Of a DNA stretch of 64,000 bases, positions 1 through 9,335 are shown piece by piece (the stretch's first letter is position 1; each line of letters opens with the position of its first letter). The position numbers and the translations under genes are program-made. The notes under the pieces are model-generated. The model worked only from the letters and a program-made list of their open reading frames with translations, searched no databases and was not told where the DNA came from. The stretch is from Methylophilus sp. (lineage in GTDB: Bacteria > Pseudomonadota > Gammaproteobacteria > Burkholderiales > Methylophilaceae), in contig JAUYRP010000001.1 in the NCBI GenBank assembly GCA_030696695.1, positions 70,775 through 134,774 on the forward strand, read 5' to 3'.

Positions 1-3000
1 TTGCCTATGACCGCATAGGTGTTGACCGCATACCGTCGATTGATTTTCCTGTGATTATGGTGACCACCACGCTACGTGGCGCCGACCCTGATGTGGTCGA
101 CACTTCCATCACCAGCGTGATTGAATCGGCAATTAACACCACGCCGGGTATTGAGCATATTCAATCAGCATCCTCTCCTGGTGTGTCTAGCATCAGCATT
201 ACATTCAGCATTGAAAAAGATGTAGATGTGGCTTACAACGAAGTGCAAGCCAAAGTGAATCAAATCCTTAAAAACTTGCCCACAGACACGGATCCGCCTG
301 TCGTACAAAAAGTAGACACCAATGCCTCGCCTGTCATCTGGTTGGCCTTAAGTGGTGATCGCACCATTCAACAGCTGAATTTATATGCCAACAATGTACT
401 CAAGAAAAAATTTGAGACGATTAACGGCGTGGGTGAAGTGCGGTTAGGTGGGCGACGTGATCGTGTCATACGGGTAAACGTCTCTCCAGAGCGCATGGCT
501 GCATACAAGCTCACAGCAACCGATTTAGTCGAAGCATTCCAACGTGAGCACGTGCAATTGCCTGGAGGATTTCTTGTCAGCCAACAAGCTGAGCAGTTGC
601 TTAAACTGGATTTAGAGTTTCACTCAACCAAAGAATTGGCCAATCTGGTGGTGACCTCTAAGCAAGGTATTCCTATTTACCTGAAAGACATTGCGCAAAT
701 TGAGGACGGCATTACCGACAACCGACAGGTTGCGCGTTATAAAGGTAAGCCTACAGTCGGCGTTGGTGTGGTAAAAATTGCCAATGCCAATACCGTAGAA
801 ATTATTGATGATGTTATTCACAAGTTGGAAACGGAAATTCGGCCCAATTTGCCGCCGGGTATGTCGCTCGATGTTTCGACCAATGACTCCATTTTCATCA
901 ATCAACTCGTCGCATCGCTCAAAGAGCATTTGATCGAAGGTACGCTGTTTGCTGCGCTGATCGTGCTGATTTTTATGCGATCATTTAGCTCGACCATCAT
1001 GATTTGTTTGGAGATCCCCGTATCGCTGCTGGGTGCGATTGCAGTGATGTATTTTGCTGGCTATACCTTTAACAGCATGACATTACTTGCATTGCTGTTG
1101 CTTATCGGTGTGGTGGTGGATGATGCTATTGTGGTACGTGAAAGTATTTTGCGCCATATGTCTGGCGAGGTTGGCACTGGGCTCAAGGGATTGGATTTGA
1201 ACGACCCGCGTGCAGTCGATGCTTACCGCAGACGCACCACGATTGCAGGCAGTAAAGAAGTGGTATTTGCGGTACTCGCCTCTTCATTTGCACTGGTCTG
1301 TATTTTTGCCCCTGTGATTTTCATGGATGGCATCATGGGCATGTTCTTTAAATCGTTTGCTGTGGTGGTGACTTTTGGCGTGTTGGTATCTTTATTCGTA
1401 TCGCTCACACTTACACCTATGCTGTGCTCACGTTACTTAAGCGTGACACACAAAGAAAATGCACTGTATCGTTTTTTTGGTCGCATGCTCAACAGCCTTG
1501 ATGCACGTTACAGAACAATACTGCACTATACATTGCTGCATCGTGGCTTAATTGTCATTGGTGCCATCCTATTTGTGGTGGTATCTGGCTTTTACACCCT
1601 CAAATACGTCAAAAAAGACTTTGTGCCTGAGACCGACGAAGGTAGCTTTGGCATTACTGTGAAAGCACCTTTAGGCGCAAGCATTGACTACACAGACTCA
1701 CGCATGAAGCTAATAGAGGCTGTGTTAGAGCGCCATGGCGACCAAATTGATAGCTATTTCTCTAGCATTGGTAGCGGCTCCCGCGGGCAAGTGAACCAAG
1801 GCAATGTAAGTGTGCGGTTGAAACCCAAAGAATTACGTAGCAAAAGCCAGCAAGAACTGACGCGTGAAATCAAACTAGAATTGGATGAGATTCCAGGCGT
1901 GCGCGCTATTCCCGGTGCCGGTGGTATCGTTCGCGGCCAGCGTTCTGAGAAACTGCAATTTAACCTCACTGGAGATAATCTGCAGGAGTTAGGCAAGGTG
2001 GCAGAGACATTACAACGCGCCTTGAGTGCCAATGGCAACATTGGCAAAGTGGATGTGGATGTGCAACTTGACCTACCTCAGATAGAAATTGAGATTGACC
2101 GTGTGCGCGCTGCGGGGCTAGGTCTTAATGCCAATGAAATTGCAACTACCATTAGTTTGTATGTGGGTGGCATCGACGTTGCTAAATACAACGATAAGGT
2201 GAGTGATGGCCAGCGTTATGATATTCGACTCAAAACTACAGAGGGTGAACTGCAAAATACCACTGATTTGAGCAAAATCTACTTGCGCAGTGCGAGTGGT
2301 GAGTTGGTGCGCTTAGATGCTGTAGCTAGCTTTAAGCCTACTTTGGGCGCTGCCGTAATCGGGCGCTATGATTTGCAATATGCTGTGAATTTTTACGCCA
2401 ATCCCAATGTTGCGCTTGGTGAGGCGGTGACAATAGTCAATGACACCATGAGTAAAGTCGTGCCGCCTAACTACAAACTCAAATATACTGGACAAGCGGA
2501 GGAACTGGGCAAAACCTTTAAAAACCTAGCTTTTGTGTTTATTTTGGCGTTTATTTTGTTGTATATGGTGTTGGCTAGCCAATTTAATTCGTTCTTACAG
2601 CCAATTGTGATTATGTTGGCGCAACCTCTAGCGATTATCGGTGGCTTGATTGCTCTGCTGATCACAGGAAATTCACTCAATATATTCTCCATGATTGGCT
2701 TGGTGCTATTGATTGGTTTGGTGGCTAAAAACTCCATTCTATTAGTAGACTTAACCAATCAATTACATGCAGAAGGCGCGAGTGTGCAAGAAGCGCTGAC
2801 TCAAGCCTGCCCAGTGCGTTTACGTCCTGTATTGATGACTTCTCTGACGATTATTTTGGCGTTGCTGCCTGCCGCCATTGGGTTGGGTGCAGGCTCAGAA
2901 ACCAACAAACCGCTTTCCATCGCGATTATTGGTGGAATGATCTCATCTACGTTACTCACCCTAGTGGTGGTACCAGCGGCTTACTCACTCATGATGAGTG

Positions 3001-3029
3001 GGTTAGCCAAATTCAAGCGGTATGCATGA
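1..3029 (+). CDS. RND efflux transporter permease subunit (AcrB/HAE-like), 5' end truncated by window edge
   Basis: The reading frame is open to base 3 (AYDRIGVDRIPSIDFPVIMV...), so the N-terminus lies outside the window. About 990 aa with two large soluble loops alternating with TM bundles. VVDDAIVV and LLIGLVAKNSILLVD segments are typical of RND permeases. Confidence 0.9.
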   Translation, partial: AYDRIGVDRIPSIDFPVIMVTTTLRGADPDVVDTSITSVIESAINTTPGIEHIQSASSPGVSSISITFSIEKDVDVAYNEVQAKVNQILKNLPTDTDPPVVQKVDTNASPVIWLALSGDRTIQQLNLYANNVLKKKFETINGVGEVRLGGRRDRVIRVNVSPERMAAYKLTATDLVEAFQREHVQLPGGFLVSQQAEQLLKLDLEFHSTKELANLVVTSKQGIPIYLKDIAQIEDGITDNRQVARYKGKPTVGVGVVKIANANTVEIIDDVIHKLETEIRPNLPPGMSLDVSTNDSIFINQLVASLKEHLIEGTLFAALIVLIFMRSFSSTIMICLEIPVSLLGAIAVMYFAGYTFNSMTLLALLLLIGVVVDDAIVVRESILRHMSGEVGTGLKGLDLNDPRAVDAYRRRTTIAGSKEVVFAVLASSFALVCIFAPVIFMDGIMGMFFKSFAVVVTFGVLVSLFVSLTLTPMLCSRYLSVTHKENALYRFFGRMLNSLDARYRTILHYTLLHRGLIVIGAILFVVVSGFYTLKYVKKDFVPETDEGSFGITVKAPLGASIDYTDSRMKLIEAVLERHGDQIDSYFSSIGSGSRGQVNQGNVSVRLKPKELRSKSQQELTREIKLELDEIPGVRAIPGAGGIVRGQRSEKLQFNLTGDNLQELGKVAETLQRALSANGNIGKVDVDVQLDLPQIEIEIDRVRAAGLGLNANEIATTISLYVGGIDVAKYNDKVSDGQRYDIRLKTTEGELQNTTDLSKIYLRSASGELVRLDAVASFKPTLGAAVIGRYDLQYAVNFYANPNVALGEAVTIVNDTMSKVVPPNYKLKYTGQAEELGKTFKNLAFVFILAFILLYMVLASQFNSFLQPIVIMLAQPLAIIGGLIALLITGNSLNIFSMIGLVLLIGLVAKNSILLVDLTNQLHAEGASVQEALTQACPVRLRPVLMTSLTIILALLPAAIGLGAGSETNKPLSIAIIGGMISSTLLTLVVVPAAYSLMMSGLAKFKRYA

Positions 3030-3046
3030 GTTAACTTTGCGAAAAG

Positions 3047-3583
3047 TTAAGCGATTGAAATAGGTTTCTCGAAGTATTCAAACTGAAGTCCATCCACTTT
3101 TACTTGCCATAAATCCGACGCATAGGGAAATGGTTTGACTAAACCTGTAGGCTGATAGCCTTGTCGACCATAAAATGCAATCAACGTATCTCGCGCCGTG
3201 ACCACGGTCATGCAGTAGGCTTGTATATTCCATTCCGTGCTTGCTTGCAGCTCTGCAGCCTGAATGATTTGCTTGCCTATGCCTTGATTCTGTAAAGTGG
3301 GTTTCACTGCAATCATCCCCAATTTCGCTTTGTTTTGCCCACCTTCTTTCAACCATTCACAGCAAATAGTGGCAACCACTTCATGGTCCAACACCCCCAC
3401 CAATATCATGATGTATGACTGCTGCAGTAGATGTGTGATTTCCTGCGTGGTTGTGCGTAAACCTTCAATCAAGTCAGCTTCTGTGGTCCAACCCGCACGG
3501 CTGGACTCTCCCCGATAGGCGCTGTTAATAAGGATGGCTATCGCTTCTGCATCTGCCTGTTGTGCACGTCGAATGGCTAGCAT
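3047..3583 (-). CDS. GNAT family N-acetyltransferase
   Basis: 178 aa. Acetyl-CoA pocket-type motif IAVKPTLQNQGIGKQII (Q/R-x-x-G-x-G/A). Size and layout fit the GNAT fold. Confidence 0.8.
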   Translation of the reverse strand: MLAIRRAQQADAEAIAILINSAYRGESSRAGWTTEADLIEGLRTTTQEITHLLQQSYIMILVGVLDHEVVATICCEWLKEGGQNKAKLGMIAVKPTLQNQGIGKQIIQAAELQASTEWNIQAYCMTVVTARDTLIAFYGRQGYQPTGLVKPFPYASDLWQVKVDGLQFEYFEKPISIA

Positions 3584-3611
3584 AGTGATGAGTTTGAGAC
3601 CATTTGATTCT

Positions 3612-4856
3612 TTAAGCTGTGATTTTTTGTGCTGTGATTTTTTGAACGACGATACTGGTGATCATGTCACCCTCCACATTCACGGCAGTGCGCAGAGTGT
3701 CCAGCATACGATCAATCGGCAATAAAATTGCAATCGCTTCTGCTGGCAACCCAACTGATTGCAATACCATGACCATGGTCACCATACCTGCACTAGGTAT
3801 ACCTGGTGCCCCTACAGAAGCCAGCATCGCCGTGACAAATACAATCAATTGCTGCACAAAAGTTAAATCAACACCGACCAAGTTGGCAATAAACAAGGCA
3901 GCGGCGGCCTCATAAAGTGCGGTGCCGTCCATGTTCATGGTGGCACCTAAGGGCACGACAAAACCAGCAATCTCTGGCTTCACATGTAAATGTTTGGTGG
4001 CACAGCGCATGGTCACAGGCAAAGTAGCGGAGCTAGAACTGGTCGCAAGTGCGGTGATGATCGCTTCACGTGCACCACGCCAAAACCATAGAGGCGTATG
4101 GCCAGTAACTGCATACATTAGCAAAGGCAACACCACCACACCGTGCAATAAGGTGGTGCCAACGACCACAGCCACAAACGTGGCCAAGGTGGATAACATG
4201 GCGAGATCTTGTGTGCTTACTAATGAAATTAACAACGCCGCAATACCAAATGGGGCTAGCACCATAATCCATGCAACGATGCGCATGATGATTTCTAGCG
4301 CTTCTTGTAATAACTTCAGTATATTTTGGTAACGCTCGCCACCCATCACCAAGGCGATGCCTATAATCAAGGCAAACACCACCACAGCCAACACGTTACC
4401 GCTTGCTAATGCGCTAAACGGATTCACGAATAGACCATGTAGGAATTGTGCAAAAAATTCTGAAAGTGGTAATTGCCTAGCTTCAAAATTTTGCATCGCT
4501 CCTGCAAACATCTCAATTTGCAGGCCTGCGCCTGGTTTGAAATAATTGCTCGCGGTCATGCCCAGCGTAATCGCAATTATCATGGTGAACATGAAAAATA
4601 ATAGGGTACTTACCCACACACGGTGAATTTGTTGATGCTGTCGTAAATTCGCAATCCCCACTGCAATACTACAAAACACTAGGGGAATCAGAATCATTTT
4701 GAGCAAATCGATAAACAGCGTACCGATTAGACCAGAGACATATAAGCCAGAAGCCGCGACTGGGTGCTGGACCCCTATACGATGAAAATATGCCCCAATA
4801 GCCACACCCAAGATTGCACCCAACACAATTTGCACATTGAGGCTTGGGAATTTCAT
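3612..4856 (-). CDS. Dicarboxylate/amino acid:cation symporter (DAACS, GltP/DctA/SstT-like)
   Basis: 414 aa polytopic membrane protein with the family motifs SSSATLPVT and NMDGTALYEA. The C-terminus ends in a duplicated QKITAQKITA. Confidence 0.9.
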   Translation of the reverse strand: MKFPSLNVQIVLGAILGVAIGAYFHRIGVQHPVAASGLYVSGLIGTLFIDLLKMILIPLVFCSIAVGIANLRQHQQIHRVWVSTLLFFMFTMIIAITLGMTASNYFKPGAGLQIEMFAGAMQNFEARQLPLSEFFAQFLHGLFVNPFSALASGNVLAVVVFALIIGIALVMGGERYQNILKLLQEALEIIMRIVAWIMVLAPFGIAALLISLVSTQDLAMLSTLATFVAVVVGTTLLHGVVVLPLLMYAVTGHTPLWFWRGAREAIITALATSSSSATLPVTMRCATKHLHVKPEIAGFVVPLGATMNMDGTALYEAAAALFIANLVGVDLTFVQQLIVFVTAMLASVGAPGIPSAGMVTMVMVLQSVGLPAEAIAILLPIDRMLDTLRTAVNVEGDMITSIVVQKITAQKITA

Positions 4857-4859
4857 CGT

Positions 4860-6257
4860 TTACTCACTGACCTTTTCAGTGCTTACTTTTTTCTTTCCCT
4901 TTGCTTTCGCTTTTACTTTTGCTTCATCTTGCACTTCCGCTGTTGCTTCAGGTGTTACTTCAGTTTTTACCAGAGTATCGGCAGCTCGCTTCTCAAATAC
5001 GGCAGCAAAGAATCCATCAGTTTGGTGCAGATGTGGCAATAATTTCAAGTAAGGGCCAGTATCTAGCGCAATGTGGTGATGTGCCAACACTTCATTGGCA
5101 GGCACCAAACTAAAGTCTGGGTTTGCTTGTATAAAAGCCTCCACGATCGCTTCGTTTTCATCACGCAACAAGCTACAAGTGGCATACACTAAACGTCCGC
5201 CAGCTTTGGTCAACTTGGCTGCACGCGCCAAAATAGCTGTTTGCTTTTGCGTCAACTCCAATACGTCTTGCTCAGTTTGGCGCCATTTTAAATCTGGATT
5301 ACGGCGTAATGTACCTAATCCACTGCATGGTGCATCTACCAACACACGGTCAAATTTACCGTTCAAACGCTTTAATTTAGGGTCTTGTTCGCTGCTAATC
5401 ACTTGCGCATGCAGATTAGAAAGCCCTGAACGCTTTAGGCGTTGGCCCAAGTTGTGCAAGCGCTTCTCTGACACATCAAATGCATATAAGCGCCCCGTGT
5501 TTTTCATGAGTGCGCCAATGGCTAGGGTTTTTCCACCAGCACCAGCACAAAAATCCGCTACCATCATGCCTCGCTTGGGTGAAACCAAATAGCTCAACAA
5601 TTGACTACCTTCATCTTGCACCTCGATTTTACCTTCGGTGAACAATATGTGTCGGCTGATATTCAACTTAGCCCCCATGCGAATTCCTATGGGTGAATAA
5701 GGTGTGGTAGCAATCACATTGTCTTTGACTGTATTTTCAGCCTGCATTTTTGCCAACACGTCTTCGCGGCTAGCTTTAATCGTGTTCACTCTTAAATCCA
5801 AGCTCGCTTGTTCAAACATACTGCGGCAAATGGTCAGCGCTTCAGCTTCACCATATTGCGTGACCAACTTATCCCAAAACCAATCGCGCACATCGGCCTG
5901 TACCGCAAGAGGCAAGTTATCTGTGGGTTTTGCTTTGATAGCAATCGCCCACTCTTTTTGTTGCTCAGTCAAAATATCGTCTAACTCACGCAAACTTTTA
6001 CCTTGCACGCGCAGCAACCACGCCAAGATTAATTTGCGGGCATCATCTGGGTCATGTTCGTCATTCGCAGCCACTGTGCTTAAATAGCGCAAGCGACGCA
6101 ATACGCCATAAACGCTTTCCGCCACAAACGCACGCTCTTTGGTGCCTAGCTCACGGTGATTACGAAAAAACTCGCCTAGTTTGGCATCGGCTGGACTATT
6201 GAAATCCAGCAAATTGGTGAGCAACATTGCCGCTTGGCGTAATAAAATCGGGGTCAT
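4860..6257 (-). CDS. RsmB/NOL1/NOP2/Sun-family RNA (cytosine-C5) methyltransferase paralogue with Lys-rich C-terminal tail
   Basis: SAM pocket DFCAGAGGKT. Catalytic Cys motifs DAPCSGLGTLRRNPDLKW and YATCSLLRDENE. Tail is ...KVKAKAKGKKKVSTEKVSE. ATGA start/stop overlap with the upstream gene. Confidence 0.85.
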   Translation of the reverse strand: MTPILLRQAAMLLTNLLDFNSPADAKLGEFFRNHRELGTKERAFVAESVYGVLRRLRYLSTVAANDEHDPDDARKLILAWLLRVQGKSLRELDDILTEQQKEWAIAIKAKPTDNLPLAVQADVRDWFWDKLVTQYGEAEALTICRSMFEQASLDLRVNTIKASREDVLAKMQAENTVKDNVIATTPYSPIGIRMGAKLNISRHILFTEGKIEVQDEGSQLLSYLVSPKRGMMVADFCAGAGGKTLAIGALMKNTGRLYAFDVSEKRLHNLGQRLKRSGLSNLHAQVISSEQDPKLKRLNGKFDRVLVDAPCSGLGTLRRNPDLKWRQTEQDVLELTQKQTAILARAAKLTKAGGRLVYATCSLLRDENEAIVEAFIQANPDFSLVPANEVLAHHHIALDTGPYLKLLPHLHQTDGFFAAVFEKRAADTLVKTEVTPEATAEVQDEAKVKAKAKGKKKVSTEKVSE

Positions 6258-7429
6258 GGTAAGGGGGTTTCGTTTTCTATTGTTTCAAATTTTAATCTAG
6301 TTGCGATTTGCTCAATCACAGTACCATCTTTTTCAGTTTTTCTAATTTTAACAGGCACATATCGATAATCCATGGCCAGCCAAAGCTCTGTTTTTTCGTC
6401 TGAATCCAGTTTGGCATGTTGAATATGATACGTTCTCACATTCGCAAATTTCAATTCCAGTGTTTCTTCACCTTCAAACACGTAATCATACAGGTCTAAC
6501 TTTTTACCGTTGGTGAGATACATTTGCATTTCATCTAACGGCGGCTCAAACATAAACTGGTACATAAAACTTAAAATGTCTTGGGTATGTCCAGCTATTG
6601 CATCTGTTGCAATCGCAGTTTTTTTGTTGCCTTTGCTACTTTGTAATTCAACTTCCTTATCTGTCCAATTAAAATCGGCTCGATACGTTTTGTCTTCGCG
6701 ACTACCAAACTTATACAAGTATTGATGAGGTAGTAAACCAGTGTCAGTAATGGATCCTTTACTGGTCTGTATTAAATCTGGATACACCAGTCCTAAGAGT
6801 CCCGTTGCACTTACTTTCCAAACCAACTCATAGGTTTGATCTGTGCCTTTGGCATAATGAATTTTAGCGGTGCCCACTCGGTCAGCATTATCATTCATGC
6901 GCACATCAAAATCTGTTTCTACCATGGTGTAAGGTTGAGGCTTCACCTGTTCCTCACTTGCCTCTGGTAAGCTTAACCCTTGTTCTGATCCACCATCTGG
7001 CACTGCTGGTATCACTTCATCGGATACTGGCGTTTCTACTGCAGTTTCATCCGTAACAACAGGTTCTGTTTCCGCGAGTACATCATCCCTAGGTTGCGCT
7101 TCAACCACATTTTGCTGATCGGGCAATTCTGCTCCTGGCGGCTTAGGTTCAGCTGCCACTGCTGTTGCGGCTTTCTGCGGGCTATCTTCTAGCACCACAT
7201 TTTTCTGATCACTAATATCGATGGATTGCTGAGTGATTTCAGAGCTTGCACTCACCAACACAGCATCGATGGTGTGAAACGGATTGACTGTTCTTGAAAA
7301 CGCTACCCAATCAGATTGCTCAATGAACAAGAAATGGATGGCTGCTGAGACCAATACTGCATACCCAAGCCTTTTTGTCGTTGGATCCAACCACCAAGCT
7401 TTGATAGCGTTCCAGTTCAATTTACTCAA
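6254..7429 (-). CDS. Membrane-anchored DUF3108-like protein (N-terminal TM, acidic/Pro-rich linker, C-terminal beta-rich domain)
   Basis: 391 aa. TM segment LGYAVLVSAAIHFLFI, then an E/P/V/D-rich linker. The C-terminal domain shares the QDILSFMYQFMFEPP motif with the next ORF. The DUF3108 assignment is from memory of the family and was not searched. Confidence 0.65.
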   Translation of the reverse strand: MSKLNWNAIKAWWLDPTTKRLGYAVLVSAAIHFLFIEQSDWVAFSRTVNPFHTIDAVLVSASSEITQQSIDISDQKNVVLEDSPQKAATAVAAEPKPPGAELPDQQNVVEAQPRDDVLAETEPVVTDETAVETPVSDEVIPAVPDGGSEQGLSLPEASEEQVKPQPYTMVETDFDVRMNDNADRVGTAKIHYAKGTDQTYELVWKVSATGLLGLVYPDLIQTSKGSITDTGLLPHQYLYKFGSREDKTYRADFNWTDKEVELQSSKGNKKTAIATDAIAGHTQDILSFMYQFMFEPPLDEMQMYLTNGKKLDLYDYVFEGEETLELKFANVRTYHIQHAKLDSDEKTELWLAMDYRYVPVKIRKTEKDGTVIEQIATRLKFETIENETPLP

Positions 7430-8132
7430 TAGTGATCTGCGTGATGAGTTGCTCTATGGTTGCACCATCATCCTGCACCACAATTTTGACAGGCAACGCA
7501 TATTTATCCACTGCTAGGTAAATCTTTTTAGCATCGGCATCATCTGCTTCTACCAATTCCACCACTTTAAATGTGCCGGCATCTGTCACCAATGGTGTCG
7601 TCTGACTATTCACTTGGTATTGATGCGTTTTTAAACGCTTACCGTTGGTCACTGAGAGTTTCAGTGGTCCAACGACAGGTGGCTTGAACATAAACTGATA
7701 CATCACACTCAACAAATCTTGAGTCCCCGCCTCCAAAGTAGCTTGCTCTTGCTCTCCTTTGACTTGCATATTTAACACGCGTGCTTTCCAGTCAAAGTCG
7801 TTAATCAGTGTTTTTTTGCTGCTCGTGCTTTGCAGCGATTCAAAATGCTTAGGGCGCAGCCCATCTTTGGTGACATCGCCTTGGCTAGTTAATTGTCGTT
7901 CGCCCAAAAGCGCATACACCCCTATGCCTTTGGTGATGGATTTGAGTTGGTATTCTTTGCCTTGTTGGCGATAGGTTTCTGTGACATTGCCAAACAATTT
8001 ACCATTGCGTTTCACTTCGTATGTCAGCTTGATAGATTTGGGTGCAGCGATTGCAGTTTGCACCGTCAACAAGGCCATCACACAAACTAACACTACCGCC
8101 TTAAAACTCGTCCAGTTGTCATTTATCCACAT
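7422..8132 (-). CDS. Secreted DUF3108-like protein (paralogue of preceding gene)
   Basis: Start moved to the internal ATG at 8130-8132 (MWINDNWTSFKAVVLVCVMALLTVQTAIA, a signal peptide), because the longer ORF would overlap the purM 3' end. Shares QDLLSVMYQFMFKPP with the neighbouring gene. 8-nt overlap with the downstream gene. Confidence 0.65.
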   Translation of the reverse strand: MWINDNWTSFKAVVLVCVMALLTVQTAIAAPKSIKLTYEVKRNGKLFGNVTETYRQQGKEYQLKSITKGIGVYALLGERQLTSQGDVTKDGLRPKHFESLQSTSSKKTLINDFDWKARVLNMQVKGEQEQATLEAGTQDLLSVMYQFMFKPPVVGPLKLSVTNGKRLKTHQYQVNSQTTPLVTDAGTFKVVELVEADDADAKKIYLAVDKYALPVKIVVQDDGATIEQLITQITIE

Positions 8133-8196
8133 GGTTATCCCAATCTTTTGAACATCATGAAGGTAGATAACGCACGGGTGGTCATTAAGACAACAC

Positions 8197-9246
8197 CTAA
8201 ACGACGATGGTTGGCGCTTCGCCAGATTGCTGCTGACGGATACGACCAATTTGGAACACGGTTTCGCCAGATTGCGTCAACAGCTCAGTGGCTTTCGCCG
8301 CGTCAGAAGGTGCTAACACCACCACCATGCCAATGCCACAATTGAATGTTTTATACATTTCAATATCAGCAATATTGCCCTGTGCTTTTAACCATTGAAA
8401 CAGGGGTGGTAGCGTCCAGCTGTTCGCTTTAATTTCTGCCGTCAAACCCGCAGGCAATACCCGTGGGACATTCTCTGTAATGCCACCACCCGTGATATGC
8501 GCCAACCCTTTTACTGGCATTGCTTCTAACAACGCGAGTAATGATTTCACATATATTTTGGTAGGCGCCATCACCACATCTTTGAATGGCTTACCGTGAA
8601 AATCTGACTCAAAATCAATGCCAGATTTTTCAATTAACTTGCGGATGAGTGAGTAGCCATTGGAGTGCGCACCGCTTGAAGCCAAGCCTAATACTACGTC
8701 ACCTTCAGCAATGGTACTGCCGTCAATTAAATTGGCTTTATCTACGCAACCTACGGCAAAGCCGGCTAAGTCATACTCCCCAGCTGGGTACATACCTGGC
8801 ATCTCTGCAGTTTCACCGCCGACTAAGGCGCAACCTGCTTGCTCACAGCCTTGGGCAATCCCTTTAATCACAGAGGCTGCTGTGCCAACTTCCAATTTGC
8901 CGCAGGCAAAGTAATCCAGAAAGAATAATGGCTCAGCACCCTGCACCAAAATATCATTCACACTCATGGCCACCAAATCAATGCCTACCGTATCGTGTTT
9001 GTTTAATTCAAACGCTAATTTTAATTTAGTGCCTACGCCATCAGTGCCCGATACCAAAATCGGTTCTTTGAATTTTTTTGGCATAGCAAATAAAGAGCCA
9101 AAACCACCGATACCTCCCATGACTTCTGGGCGCATCGTACGTTTGGCAAACGGCTTGATTTGTTCAACCAAAGCATCGCCTGCTTCAATGTCTACGCCAG
9201 CATCGCGATAGGTAATAGAGGTGTTGTGGTCTGATGGTGTACTCAA
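8197..9246 (-). CDS. purM: Phosphoribosylformylglycinamidine cyclo-ligase (AIR synthetase)
   Basis: 349 aa. [17 protein letters not shown] and [11 protein letters not shown] motifs, with full-length PurM-like layout. Confidence 0.95.
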   Translation of the reverse strand: MSTPSDHNTSITYRDAGVDIEAGDALVEQIKPFAKRTMRPEVMGGIGGFGSLFAMPKKFKEPILVSGTDGVGTKLKLAFELNKHDTVGIDLVAMSVNDILVQGAEPLFFLDYFACGKLEVGTAASVIKGIAQGCEQAGCALVGGETAEMPGMYPAGEYDLAGFAVGCVDKANLIDGSTIAEGDVVLGLASSGAHSNGYSLIRKLIEKSGIDFESDFHGKPFKDVVMAPTKIYVKSLLALLEAMPVKGLAHITGGGITENVPRVLPAGLTAEIKANSWTLPPLFQWLKAQGNIADIEMYKTFNCGIGMVVVLAPSDAAKATELLTQSGETVFQIGRIRQQQSGEAPTIVV

Positions 9247-9335
9247 AATGTATCTCGATTCAATTTAATGCGTGTACGTTGAATTAAACTGTGGCTTAAT
9301 TCAGTATAATTTTAAAAACATGATTTTAACTCACT

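Noticed and set aside
8123-8131. Perfect DnaA box TTATCCACA
   Set aside because: It is a single copy lying inside the first codons of the DUF3108-like gene (MWINDN). About one such 9-mer is expected by chance in 2 x 64 kb, and there is no cluster or AT-rich unwinding element, so it is not an origin.
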